Source: Sedimentisphaerales bacterium | Lineage (GTDB): Bacteria > Planctomycetota > Phycisphaerae > Sedimentisphaerales > Anaerobacaceae | Direction: 5' to 3' | NCBI GenBank assembly: GCA_963708075.1 | Contig: OY970194.1 | Span: forward strand, 6,144,001 to 6,208,000 | DNA length: 64,000 nucleotides | In this document: piece after piece, positions 22,934 through 32,018 of the stretch | Numbering within the stretch: the first letter of the stretch is position 1 | How the letters are laid out: the number at the start of each line of letters is the position of its first letter | Position numbers and translations under genes: made by a program | The notes under the pieces: generated by a model | Told to the model about the DNA's origin: nothing | Database searches by the model: none | Seen by the model: only the letters and a program-made list of their open reading frames with translations

Positions 22934-25900
22934 TCACGGCTTGTTCACCGTGGTAGAAGTCTTCACGTTGGCGGCTGGATCGTATGAGAAGCTGCTGTGC
23001 GTAATATTGGTCACGGTGAAGATCATCGAGGTGCTGGTCTTGCTGTTGCTGCTGGCCAGGGTGATCTTCCCGTCGCTGCCGGTCATGCCTATGCTGACGC
23101 CCATTACGGCTCCACTCCACGTGCCGGTCACGGTCGCTCCGGAGACCGGCGCTCCGGACTGATCAACGACAGTCACCGTGACTGTCGCAGCCCATTGACT
23201 GCTGTTGCCTCGGACAGTCGCGGTCCCGTCGAGGCCACCCACGTGCATGGTCGGGACAGCGCCTTGTACGGTGACTGTGACCGTCGCCGTCACTCCGCCG
23301 GCGAGCGTGTAGGAGAAGGAATCACTTCCAGAGTAGCTCGCAGCCGGCGTGTACGTAATCGTCTCATTGGCATTCAATATGGGCGTGCCGTGGCCCGCAG
23401 CGCTCACGGAGACAACATCCAGGGCGCTGTCTACATCAGAGTCGTTGGCCAATACGTTGATGGTGACAGGGGTGTCCTGCGCCGTCGTTGCGATGTCATT
23501 CCCGGCGACCGGCAGGTCGTCCACCGGGTTGATGGTGACCGTGACGGTTGCCGTGTCTGTGCCGCCCCTGCCGTCGCCGGCCGTATACGTGAAGCTGTCC
23601 CCGCCGTTTGCGTTTGCATTCGGAGTGTACGTCACCGTAGTTCCATTGAAAGTCACCGCGCCCTTGGAAGCTGGCGTGACAGAAATGATCGACAGCGTAT
23701 CGCCATCGATGTCGATGTCGTTGCCCAACACCGAAATCACCACAGGCGCATCTTCATTCGTCGTGGCGCTGTCATCAGAGGCGCTGGGTGCGGTGTTGCT
23801 GCCGGCGGCGGCCCCTGTGATCACGATATCGTCGATCATGGCCATGTCGCTGCCGGCACTGCCATTGGTGCGGAAGCGGATCCTGAATGATGACGGCGCA
23901 GGCGATATGTCGTGGGAGAACTGCGCCCAACCCGTGGCGCCCGTCAACGTGTTCAACTGGTGCCACGTACTGCCATCATGAGACCATTCGACGTAGAGGT
24001 ACTCGCTCCCCGCCTTCAGGCCGGCGGTTCTGGCCCAATATGTAAACGTGGCGTCCGTCGCACCGCCGGTGTTGATAGTGGTCGCTACCGAGGCAGCCCT
24101 CTTCAGGAGGGCACCGTAGGTCCCGCTGTGAGCAGACGTGGTCTCCACCGTGGCCTGTCCGCTGGTGACCCATCCCCCGGCGGTGAATCCGCCGCTCTCA
24201 AAACCTTCGCTGAAGAGCGAGGGGACTTCGACCGTGATGACGACCTCGTCGGTATCGGACAAGCCGCTGCCGTCGGTGACCGTCAGAGTCACACTGTAAA
24301 CGCCCGGAGCGAGGAAGGGCACATCCTGCGCCACTGCCGCGTTCGCGATCTCAACTGTGCCAATGGTCCAGAGGTATGAGACAATCGAGGCGGCGGGGGA
24401 GGAGGCTGAGCCATTGAGCGTGACCAACTCCGTGCCGTCCCCATCATTGTCAACCACCGTCTGATCGACGCCGGCATTAGCTACGGGGGGAACATCGCCG
24501 GTGGGGACGAAAGTGACGATCAACTCCGGGCGATAGGCTGCGGTGCCGTACTCGGCCGACGCGATATGCCACCCGTCGGTGCCGTTGGGCAGCACGGCCC
24601 AACCGTTGTTCACCATCGCACCACTGACCCAGCTTTGCACGGTGCCCGTAACGTTCAGGTCCACGTATCCCACGCTGTTCGTGCCGACGCTCGCATCAGC
24701 GATGGACATCGCTTCCACCCCATCGGCCGTGACGCCGTTGGTCAGCGAGTTCCATGTGGACGTGTCGGACCAGGACTGCAGCATAGCGTGAAAATGACCG
24801 CCGTTTCCGGTGTCCAGCGAGTTCAGACGCAGTGTGGCGGAACTGACACCGGCGCCCGGCGGAATCTGATCCGCGGCCTCGCCGATAATGCTGTCGAAGC
24901 GCAGCAGCACCTGAGAGACCCCGCCCAACGAACTTGCAGTATCGACGTTGAGGCTGGATTCGCTGCTGTAGGGGGTGTCCGCCGTGCCGGAAACGATCAT
25001 GGTGTCGCTCGTGCCGGCATAGCCGCTGAGGCCCTGCTGGAAGTGAAGCGTCTGCGGGGCCACGATAAACGTGTCGATCCGAACGGTCAGGATTGTATCG
25101 GGCATCGGGTTGCCGAGGATATCGCTGATGCCGCGCACCGTGATCGCGTACGTGCCGTTTCCGAAGACGGCGCCTGCCGGTTCGAGCGTGATAATACCGG
25201 CGCTCGCACCGTAGGCAAATGTGTAATCGGTGCCTGAAGTCAGGCTCTCTATCGAAACGGTCTCCGGCCCGAGCGGCGGGTCATTATCAATACCTTCAAA
25301 GTCGGTGAGTTGTATCTGGAAGCTGGGCTGGGTCGTGTTGACGGTGACCTGGTCGTCAGCCGGATTGAGATCGGCCGGACCGTTGTCCAGCGGGACCGCC
25401 AGGTCGGCGCGGGGAGGACCATCGGGGCCATCGCTCGTGATGAAAACCGGAGAGGAAAACGCCTCATCCCCATCCGTCTGAGTGACCTTGCAGTAGAGGT
25501 AGTCGCCTTTTTGTGTAAACAGTTCGCAGGTGACGGTGGGGAAAGTGGCGCCCGACAGGTACTCTGTGTGCACAATGTAGCCATTCCGAATGATCTCAAC
25601 CTGGGTGAAGCCTTCCGCGTCGCGGTCTGCGGCTTTCACTACGACCTGATTCGAACCGCCTGCAGCCCCCGAGCCCATCTCGTGGCCGTCGACCTGGAAG
25701 GACAGTTCGAGGTTCTCGTCGAGCGTCGAGTAGAAACACTGGGTGCTCAGGGCATCGTTGATCGCCTGGCGGTTATTGGAACCGGATATGACGGCCAGCC
25801 GGTAGTTGCCCTCACCCCAGGTGCCGTCATGATTGTCCTCTGAGCCGCCGGCGCCAATGAACCAGCCTTCGAGCAGCGCTTCATCGTAATGCCCGGACCG

Positions 25901-26473
25901 GTCTCTGCTGTCGCTCGTATACCCGCTGTTGTAGTAGAGAACGCCATCCCTGTTCCACAATTCCATCCCGACGATGCGGGCCGAGTACGCGCCGGTGAAA
26001 TGCTCGAACTCAGTTCCGGAATCGTAGCGGCCGGGATGATTCAAGAACGCCACGCCGCCGTACGTATTCAGCCAACTCATGAACTCGCTGAATGTATCCG
26101 TCGTGCTGTTGTTGGCTGAAGTGAACGTGACGGGGTTGATGACGGCGACGTGACCGTACGTGCCGGAGGTCCATTCGAATCCATAGAAGGCGCTGAAGAA
26201 ATCCGGATCATCCGCTGCATCCGCAGCCGCTTTCATCCGTGCAAACTCATCTACGGTCAACTGCTCACCGTGATCGGCCAGGCCAAAGAAATCCAGTCCG
26301 GCCGCCCTGGCATCAATGTAGGCCTGCTCGGGTGTACCGACGGCGCCTGAAAGCTCACTATGGTTGTGCAGGTGGCCGAAGTAGATATTCGGAGTGCCGA
26401 TCAGAGACTCCCCTTGTGACACTCCCGATGCGACCGACAGGCAAAGCGCAAGAACGTGAAGCCGACGTCCCAT
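22934..26473 (-). CDS. Secreted PHP-family (CehA/McbA-like) metallohydrolase with DNRLRE-like, PKD and Ig/cadherin-like domains
   Basis: YFGHLHNHS, LADH, NHPG and SEDNH PHP motifs; QVLLRFD...YRPEL DNRLRE-like region; PVANAG PKD; two AxDD/ND-VLxND.D.D Ig repeats. Confidence 0.85.
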   Translation of the reverse strand: MGRRLHVLALCLSVASGVSQGESLIGTPNIYFGHLHNHSELSGAVGTPEQAYIDARAAGLDFFGLADHGEQLTVDEFARMKAAADAADDPDFFSAFYGFEWTSGTYGHVAVINPVTFTSANNSTTDTFSEFMSWLNTYGGVAFLNHPGRYDSGTEFEHFTGAYSARIVGMELWNRDGVLYYNSGYTSDSRDRSGHYDEALLEGWFIGAGGSEDNHDGTWGEGNYRLAVISGSNNRQAINDALSTQCFYSTLDENLELSFQVDGHEMGSGAAGGSNQVVVKAADRDAEGFTQVEIIRNGYIVHTEYLSGATFPTVTCELFTQKGDYLYCKVTQTDGDEAFSSPVFITSDGPDGPPRADLAVPLDNGPADLNPADDQVTVNTTQPSFQIQLTDFEGIDNDPPLGPETVSIESLTSGTDYTFAYGASAGIITLEPAGAVFGNGTYAITVRGISDILGNPMPDTILTVRIDTFIVAPQTLHFQQGLSGYAGTSDTMIVSGTADTPYSSESSLNVDTASSLGGVSQVLLRFDSIIGEAADQIPPGAGVSSATLRLNSLDTGNGGHFHAMLQSWSDTSTWNSLTNGVTADGVEAMSIADASVGTNSVGYVDLNVTGTVQSWVSGAMVNNGWAVLPNGTDGWHIASAEYGTAAYRPELIVTFVPTGDVPPVANAGVDQTVVDNDGDGTELVTLNGSASSPAASIVSYLWTIGTVEIANAAVAQDVPFLAPGVYSVTLTVTDGSGLSDTDEVVITVEVPSLFSEGFESGGFTAGGWVTSGQATVETTSAHSGTYGALLKRAASVATTINTGGATDATFTYWARTAGLKAGSEYLYVEWSHDGSTWHQLNTLTGATGWAQFSHDISPAPSSFRIRFRTNGSAGSDMAMIDDIVITGAAAGSNTAPSASDDSATTNEDAPVVISVLGNDIDIDGDTLSIISVTPASKGAVTFNGTTVTYTPNANANGGDSFTYTAGDGRGGTDTATVTVTINPVDDLPVAGNDIATTAQDTPVTINVLANDSDVDSALDVVSVSAAGHGTPILNANETITYTPAASYSGSDSFSYTLAGGVTATVTVTVQGAVPTMHVGGLDGTATVRGNSSQWAATVTVTVVDQSGAPVSGATVTGTWSGAVMGVSIGMTGSDGKITLASSNSKTSTSMIFTVTNITHSSFSYDPAANVKTSTTVNKP

Positions 26474-26868
26474 GATGACCCCTTTCACCGTTGTGGTGTA
26501 TGCAAACCGCCCGCCCGGGTGACATTTACCGAAACAACACCTCCTCACCAATGGCTGTGAGTCGTATCACCCAATGTCGCTCCTTCTTCGCGGGTCCTTT
26601 CGAAACCCTTACCCTTACAGGGTATTATACCACGACTCTCCCCGTCAACCAGCAATTTTAATGGGAAATGTCCTTCTCTTCCTGCCAACAGTGCGGGTTG
26701 CGGGCTTCTGCCGGTGTGGGGCCGCCTTCCTGGGATTGCATAATCTTATCTACTTGACACCCGGGACTTCAGACTTGAGACTTCCCTGATACTCTTATAG
26801 ATGCCCTGCGAACGCGAGGTGCGTTGTTGCGGGTGACAGTGACGGATGCATTCTGAAGGGGAACAACG

Positions 26869-27375
26869 ATGCGGATTGGGATTATTTCGGACACACACGA
26901 CAATCGGCGAAACGTCATGCAGGCAATTGAGATTTTCCGCACGACCGGCGTACAGTATATTCTACATGCGGGGGACATCGTGGCGCCGTTCACGACGAAG
27001 GCATTCGGCGAGCTGCGCAGCGCGAAATTCATCGCGGTCTTTGGAAATAACGACGGCGAGAAGCTCCTGCTGAAGCGCACCGTCGAGGACTTCGGAGGCG
27101 AGATTCACGAGTACTGCTACAAAGGCGAGCTGGACGGCCGGAAGATCTGCATGATGCACACGGACCACTTGGCCGAGGACGCGGTCAAGAGCCAGTTGTA
27201 CGATCTGGTCATCTACGGCCACACGCACCACCCGGACATCCGCCGGGAGGGCAGGACCCTGGTCGTCAATCCCGGCGAAGCGACAGACTGGCTCACCGGC
27301 TCCGGTCATCTGGTGATTGTGGACCTGAAAGACATGACCCATAGGGTCGAGCCGCTGGAGTGGTGGGTAGTATAG
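26869..27375 (+). CDS. YfcE/MJ0936-family metallophosphoesterase
   Basis: ISDTHDN, HAGD, GNND, YGHTH and NPG motifs. Confidence 0.92.
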   Translation: MRIGIISDTHDNRRNVMQAIEIFRTTGVQYILHAGDIVAPFTTKAFGELRSAKFIAVFGNNDGEKLLLKRTVEDFGGEIHEYCYKGELDGRKICMMHTDHLAEDAVKSQLYDLVIYGHTHHPDIRREGRTLVVNPGEATDWLTGSGHLVIVDLKDMTHRVEPLEWWVV

Positions 27376-27440
27376 TTGCGGATTGCGGATCGGTGTGTGG
27401 GCACTCAATCCGCAATCCGCAATCGTCAATCCGCAATCGG
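27376..27440. repeat. Inverted heptamer repeat (TTGCGGA)n / (TCCGCAA)n between convergent stop codons
   Basis: TTGCGGATTGCGGAT...ATCCGCAATCCGCAATCGTCAATCCGCAAT fills the whole intergenic gap. Confidence 0.8.
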
Positions 27441-28325
27441 TCAGCGGATCAATTTCTTGAAGTTCTTAAGGGACAGGTCGACAGCGGTCAGAGGGTCAAG
27501 ACCTTCCTTCTCTTCCTCGATGATGTACCACCTGGTGCCGCCTTTGCGGCAGAGTTGCAGGACCTCGGCCCAGGGGATGTCGCCTTCACCGATCAAGGCC
27601 TTCGGGTTCGTCTTGGAGTGTTCCTTGAGGTGGATCGTCGTGGCCCGGCCGGGATAGCGCTTCAGGTACACGAGCGGATCGCCGCCGCCGTCGAGGGCAT
27701 TGCCCGTGTCGAACTGCATGATGACGTCCTTGGTGGTGTTACTGGCAAGGAGGTCCCAGCCCGTTGTGCCATCGACGGGGGCGAAATCGTGAGCATGGTT
27801 GTGATAGCCGACCTGCATGCCGTGCGGCTTGACCTTCACGGCCAGCTCGTTGAATCGTTTGGCGTAGTCGAGCCAGCCCTGCTTGGGATTATCTTCCTTC
27901 GGCTGAAGCCACGGGCAAATCAGGTACTTGTTGCCGATTGTCTTGTTGAAGGCGATGGTGTCGGCGAGCTTGTTGTCGGCGAGGTCTGCCCACTGCGTAT
28001 GCGAGCCGCAGCAGACGATGCCGTTGTCGTCGAGGATCTTGCGGATGTCCTTGGCCGAATGGCCGTACCAGCCGGCGAACTCGACGCCCTCGTAGCCCAT
28101 CTTCGCCACCTTCGCGACCGTGCCGGACAGGTCCTTCTCCGCAGCGACACGGACGGAGTAAAGCTGCAGGCCGACAGGAATGACGCCTCTCTTGGGTGCG
28201 GCGGTTGTCTTGGTTCGCTCCTTCATACAGCCAGACCCCATAATGCCCGCGGCGGCCAGTGACGCTACGGTGGTTGCCAGGAAATCCCGACGTGACACGC
28301 TTGGATGGTTCGTCCCTGCTTTCAT
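27441..28325 (-). CDS. Tat-exported sugar phosphate isomerase/epimerase (AP endonuclease 2 TIM barrel)
   Basis: SRRDFL Tat motif; GLQLYSVR, GYEGVEFAG, YHNHAHDF, DTGN and HLKE motifs. Confidence 0.9.
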   Translation of the reverse strand: MKAGTNHPSVSRRDFLATTVASLAAAGIMGSGCMKERTKTTAAPKRGVIPVGLQLYSVRVAAEKDLSGTVAKVAKMGYEGVEFAGWYGHSAKDIRKILDDNGIVCCGSHTQWADLADNKLADTIAFNKTIGNKYLICPWLQPKEDNPKQGWLDYAKRFNELAVKVKPHGMQVGYHNHAHDFAPVDGTTGWDLLASNTTKDVIMQFDTGNALDGGGDPLVYLKRYPGRATTIHLKEHSKTNPKALIGEGDIPWAEVLQLCRKGGTRWYIIEEEKEGLDPLTAVDLSLKNFKKLIR

Positions 28326-28474
28326 GCTCCTTACCTCATCTCATCTCGTGGATGATCCGGTTTCGGCGGCGGATCCTTCGCCTCAACTGCCAAAGCTGAA
28401 CGGGCGTGATTCTATCCGGCGTGTGTCCCGCGGTCAAGTGGAATCGGCAAGGCCGTGTCCCGGGTGCGGGAGTC

Positions 28475-29305
28475 TCAGTAGTCTTTGAACCTGCGCATCC
28501 AGTCGGGCCAGCGGTCGCCGGTGACGCCACCGGCGCGGGTCCACTGGCCTCGGGCGTTGAAATCAGGACTCCAGTCGAGGGTCCAGAGCTCTTTGATGCC
28601 GACTTTGCGGACGGACCAGTCCATGAAGAGGGTGTTGACGAATCCGCCGTGACGCGGGATGCAGAAAGGCCTGATGCTGTTGCTGTTGCTGATATTGGGA
28701 TTTGTGGCGGCCTCGGTCTCGGTCTGTGGCGGGATGTCGTTATGGGTCGGATAGCCTGCCCACAGGGCGCCATCCAGCATGATCGGCACGTGGTTGCCGC
28801 CTCTCTTGTAGATGCTCGACCATCGCTTCTGCTTCGGTGGAGGCGTTGCCCCGTGGCCTTCGCCGCCATCGTAAGCGGGAGTAAAACCGTTGACCGCATA
28901 GCTGCCGGCGCGGTACGGGTGTTTCGGGCAGTACCAAGCCAGGTACGTGCCGCCGGCCCCCGTTCGGCTTGTCTTCCGCGTGGCCACCGGGCAGAACTCC
29001 TCGAAAGTGAAATTGTCAAGGTAATAGGCAAACTGCTGTGTCCGGCAGTAGTCCAAGGCATCGCGGTCGCGGAGGCGGCCCTCGTTGCTCTCGCCCAGCG
29101 TCGCGAACAGCATGCCCCACTGGTGCAGGTTCGCCGCGCAGACCGTTGCCTTTGCCTGTTTGCGCACGTTCTGCAGGACGGGCATGAGGATCGCCATCAG
29201 CAGCGCGATGACGGCAATGACGACGAGCAACTCGATGAGTGTGAACGCGCGGCGGCGGGCCCCGCCCCGCAAATGAGAAGTCCGACCCGTTCGACTCTCT
29301 GTCAT
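28475..29305 (-). CDS. Prepilin-type N-terminal cleavage/methylation protein (DUF1559 / H-X9-DG-like)
   Basis: RAFTLIELLVVIAVIALLMAILMP...CAANLHQWG; C-terminal RHGGFVNTLFMDWSV. Confidence 0.9.
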   Translation of the reverse strand: MTESRTGRTSHLRGGARRRAFTLIELLVVIAVIALLMAILMPVLQNVRKQAKATVCAANLHQWGMLFATLGESNEGRLRDRDALDYCRTQQFAYYLDNFTFEEFCPVATRKTSRTGAGGTYLAWYCPKHPYRAGSYAVNGFTPAYDGGEGHGATPPPKQKRWSSIYKRGGNHVPIMLDGALWAGYPTHNDIPPQTETEAATNPNISNSNSIRPFCIPRHGGFVNTLFMDWSVRKVGIKELWTLDWSPDFNARGQWTRAGGVTGDRWPDWMRRFKDY

Positions 29306-29442
29306 ATCTGTCCCTGTCAAGGTAGATCCATTATACCGCACAGGTTCTCGCCTGTGCAATCAAAACACTCCGCGTACACAAGCCGCGATTTCCTTTTCAT
29401 CTCGTACTTGGTAGACTACCGTGAGATAGATGGGGGTTCTGG

Positions 29443-30135
29443 ATGGCGTTTGCATACGAACGGGAAATGGCGGCACCGGCGAGCGCGTGGCTAGCTGCAC
29501 AGGAGCTGATGGTCAAGCGGGAGTTCCCGACGCCGTGGGGCGTCTGTGATCTTGTCGGCTGCTCGCTGAACGAGCTCAAGGTGCGAAAAAGATTGCTCCT
29601 GGGCCAGCGCAAAGCGCTGCGCTCGCAACTGCGGGTGCATGTGCTCTCGCTGATTCCCGACCGCAGCGAGGGACGGTCCATTAGCCTTGATGACCTGCAT
29701 CGCTGCTTCGGCGGCCACCTGGATCGCGGCCGGATCGAGGAGGAAATTGAGAAGCTTATCGAGGATCGCTTCGTGGAGCAGGTCGATGGGCAAACCTACT
29801 CCAGGCATAATCGCTGGGTACCTCTGCACAAGAGACTAATCGCGGTCGAGCTCAAGCTCACCCGCACGGACGATGTCTTCGTCCAGGCCGTCAACAATCT
29901 TGGGTTCGCGGATGAATCGTACGTGGCGCTGCCGGCCGACCGGGCCCGGCGGCTGGCAAAAAGTCAATCGAGAGCGGCATTCACCGCAAAAGGGATTGGC
30001 CTGCTGGCGGTCGGCCCCGATAGCTGCCGGGCGATTCTCAAAGCCAGGCCGATGCGCCGGCACGCGAACAGTCCCATCCAGCACTACTGCGTCGAGCGGT
30101 TCTGGCAACCGTACCTCAGGGGCGGCCGCCCCTGA
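29443..30135 (+). CDS. Predicted PD-(D/E)xK nuclease with inserted winged-helix domain
   Basis: E(7)...REFPTPWGVCDLVG [helical insert] LIAVELKL...QA...FADESYVALP...GIGLL restriction-endonuclease-like pattern. Confidence 0.65.
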   Translation: MAFAYEREMAAPASAWLAAQELMVKREFPTPWGVCDLVGCSLNELKVRKRLLLGQRKALRSQLRVHVLSLIPDRSEGRSISLDDLHRCFGGHLDRGRIEEEIEKLIEDRFVEQVDGQTYSRHNRWVPLHKRLIAVELKLTRTDDVFVQAVNNLGFADESYVALPADRARRLAKSQSRAAFTAKGIGLLAVGPDSCRAILKARPMRRHANSPIQHYCVERFWQPYLRGGRP

Positions 30136-30615
30136 CGAATGCGGAATTCGGAATGCGGAGTGCGGAATAGGACTACTTGCGCCCGTGGGTTCGTGCCGTC
30201 TTGATCGACGTGACGACCATGGCGAGAATCTCGTCGGCCTCACTCATCAGGCTCGACATGCGACTGGCCTTCATGATGCCGGCCTCAACAAGCAGCTCCA
30301 TCCAATAGGCGGACTCATCGCATTCCTCTTCGACAATGCCCATCTTCGCGACGAAATCGGCAGGCGACTTTGGGCGGCAAGCGGCGCGATAGTTCGCACC
30401 AACCGACGTACCGCAACGAAGCAACTGCCCGCCAATGACATCCGCCGCTCGCGATCGAGGTAATGCCTCGACAAGCCGGATGGTTCGTAGAGCAAACGCC
30501 TTTGTACGCTTTCTGAGTTCATTATTGTCCATGCACGGCATGGTGTGCAGGATTCGTCCCTTCCGCAAGTGTTCCCGTATTCCGCACTCCGTATTCCGAG
30601 TTCCGCATTCGTCAG
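30132..30615. mobile_element. Putative mobile four-helix-bundle cassette with 38-bp heptamer-built terminal inverted repeats
   Basis: 30132-30169 and the reverse complement of 30578-30615 match at 36/38 positions: CTGAC(GAATGCG-like)x4 GAATA. Confidence 0.65.
30173..30532 (-). CDS. Four helix bundle protein (23S rRNA IVP / bAvd-like family)
   Basis: LRKRTKAFAL...QLLRCGTSVGANYRAACR.KS.ADF..K..IVEEE.DES.YW.ELL, the family-typical sequence. Confidence 0.92.
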   Translation of the reverse strand: MDNNELRKRTKAFALRTIRLVEALPRSRAADVIGGQLLRCGTSVGANYRAACRPKSPADFVAKMGIVEEECDESAYWMELLVEAGIMKASRMSSLMSEADEILAMVVTSIKTARTHGRK

Positions 30616-31901
30616 AGGCTCATGAGCATGAGTTGCTCGGCAACTTTGCCGGGCTCGCGGACGCTGACGGAGCCGTTGGCCGACAAGACTCCCTTAGGCA
30701 TCTGAGGCAGGCGTCGGCCGAGGACGTATGCCTGCGAGAGGTCCTCGTACAGCCGCAAGGCCCGCTCCGTTGGCAGCGTCATGGCAAGCGTGTCGAGCCA
30801 CTCCTTGTAGAAGGCGGCAAGCTGGTCTTTGGCGACATCCTTGTTGGCCAGCACGGGAAGCTGGTCGAGCAGTTGCCGCAGACTCGGGTACATGCTGTCC
30901 GTGGGGGGCAGGTCGGCCAGGGCCTGTTCGAGCCACTCCCTCATCTCCGGGCTGGCAACGGCCATTCTCCTCAGCGGTGGGATCGCCAGTTTCGGGCGGC
31001 CCTTCTGGATAGGGCTCATTGGCGTGTAATACGTGTAGCTTGTTCCGATGCCCAGCGCAGGATGCTGGCACAGGCCGCGAACCCACAGCACGATGTTCAT
31101 GCCCCAGTACGGCCCCGCAATTACGGGCGCGTCCCTGGGGAGCTGCTCCCTGAGACCTTCGTGAAACGCGAGCAGGGCGGAGTACCGTTCGGTGAAGTTC
31201 TCGCTGAGGTTGTGGTCTGAGAGCGTGATGTCCACGACCCACATGCCATCGGCGCGGGCCAACTGGCAGTCGTGCATGGCCGCCTGTAGCTTGTCGTCAC
31301 GCTGAGGTTTACGGCGGAGAATGGTCGAGCTCGTGAAGACCACCGGAAGAATCAGTTTGACGTCGGGCTTCATCCTGTCCTTCCAGAGCCCCGCGGCCTC
31401 GGCGAGCATGCGGTTGATCTTGTTTCTGCTGCCGCCCGGCGGAATCGGCAACTGCGGCACCGAAATCCAGAGGGGCTTGTGCTCCATGCACGCATCGAGG
31501 TTCTCCGCGACGAACGCATTCAACTCATCCGCGTGCTGTTTGACCCAGTACTTCGGGTCCGTCAAGACTCGATACCCGGTGAATCGGCCGAACTGTCCGT
31601 ACCATCGCTTCCAGAGCTCGTATTTCCAGTCATCCTGCTTTGCCCCTTGCTCATCCAGCGGCCACCGGGCTTCAACGGTTTCCGGCGGCTCCGTGCCGAT
31701 ATCCATGGGCCAGGTGGTCCCGAGGATACAGTCGTAGGCGTCCACCGTCGCGTCCACCCACAGGGGAGTCCCCGGCTCGAGCAGCGGCACTGTCGCGGCG
31801 ATGGTTTCCAGCGGGACCCGCATGCAATGTGCGTCGGCGAAGTACTTCCTGGCGATCGCGCTGTCGCCCTCATTATTGATGAAAGGTATGTAATCCGCCA
31901 T
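30612..31901 (-). CDS. Hypothetical protein, probable TIM-barrel (TGT-like / beta-protein-like)
   Basis: Long ORF with alternating beta/alpha pattern (YIPFI, LWVDA, WISVP, LILPVVF, ADGMWVV, PVIAGPY, ALGIG); the fold assignment is inference. Confidence 0.55.
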   Translation of the reverse strand: MADYIPFINNEGDSAIARKYFADAHCMRVPLETIAATVPLLEPGTPLWVDATVDAYDCILGTTWPMDIGTEPPETVEARWPLDEQGAKQDDWKYELWKRWYGQFGRFTGYRVLTDPKYWVKQHADELNAFVAENLDACMEHKPLWISVPQLPIPPGGSRNKINRMLAEAAGLWKDRMKPDVKLILPVVFTSSTILRRKPQRDDKLQAAMHDCQLARADGMWVVDITLSDHNLSENFTERYSALLAFHEGLREQLPRDAPVIAGPYWGMNIVLWVRGLCQHPALGIGTSYTYYTPMSPIQKGRPKLAIPPLRRMAVASPEMREWLEQALADLPPTDSMYPSLRQLLDQLPVLANKDVAKDQLAAFYKEWLDTLAMTLPTERALRLYEDLSQAYVLGRRLPQMPKGVLSANGSVSVREPGKVAEQLMLMSL

Positions 31902-32018
31902 CGCCGCACCCCCCATTGGACTGTGTCGAGTCTATTCACCCCATACAGGCGTTTCCTCGTCTACGCTCTTATGTACGCAGCATTCCGGGGAGGTGTGCAG
32001 CTTTTCACACCCCGGGTG

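Noticed and set aside
30173..30532. Diversity-generating retroelement (Avd-like protein)
   Set aside because: No reverse transcriptase and no TR/VR pair with adenine-specific mismatches seen in the window.
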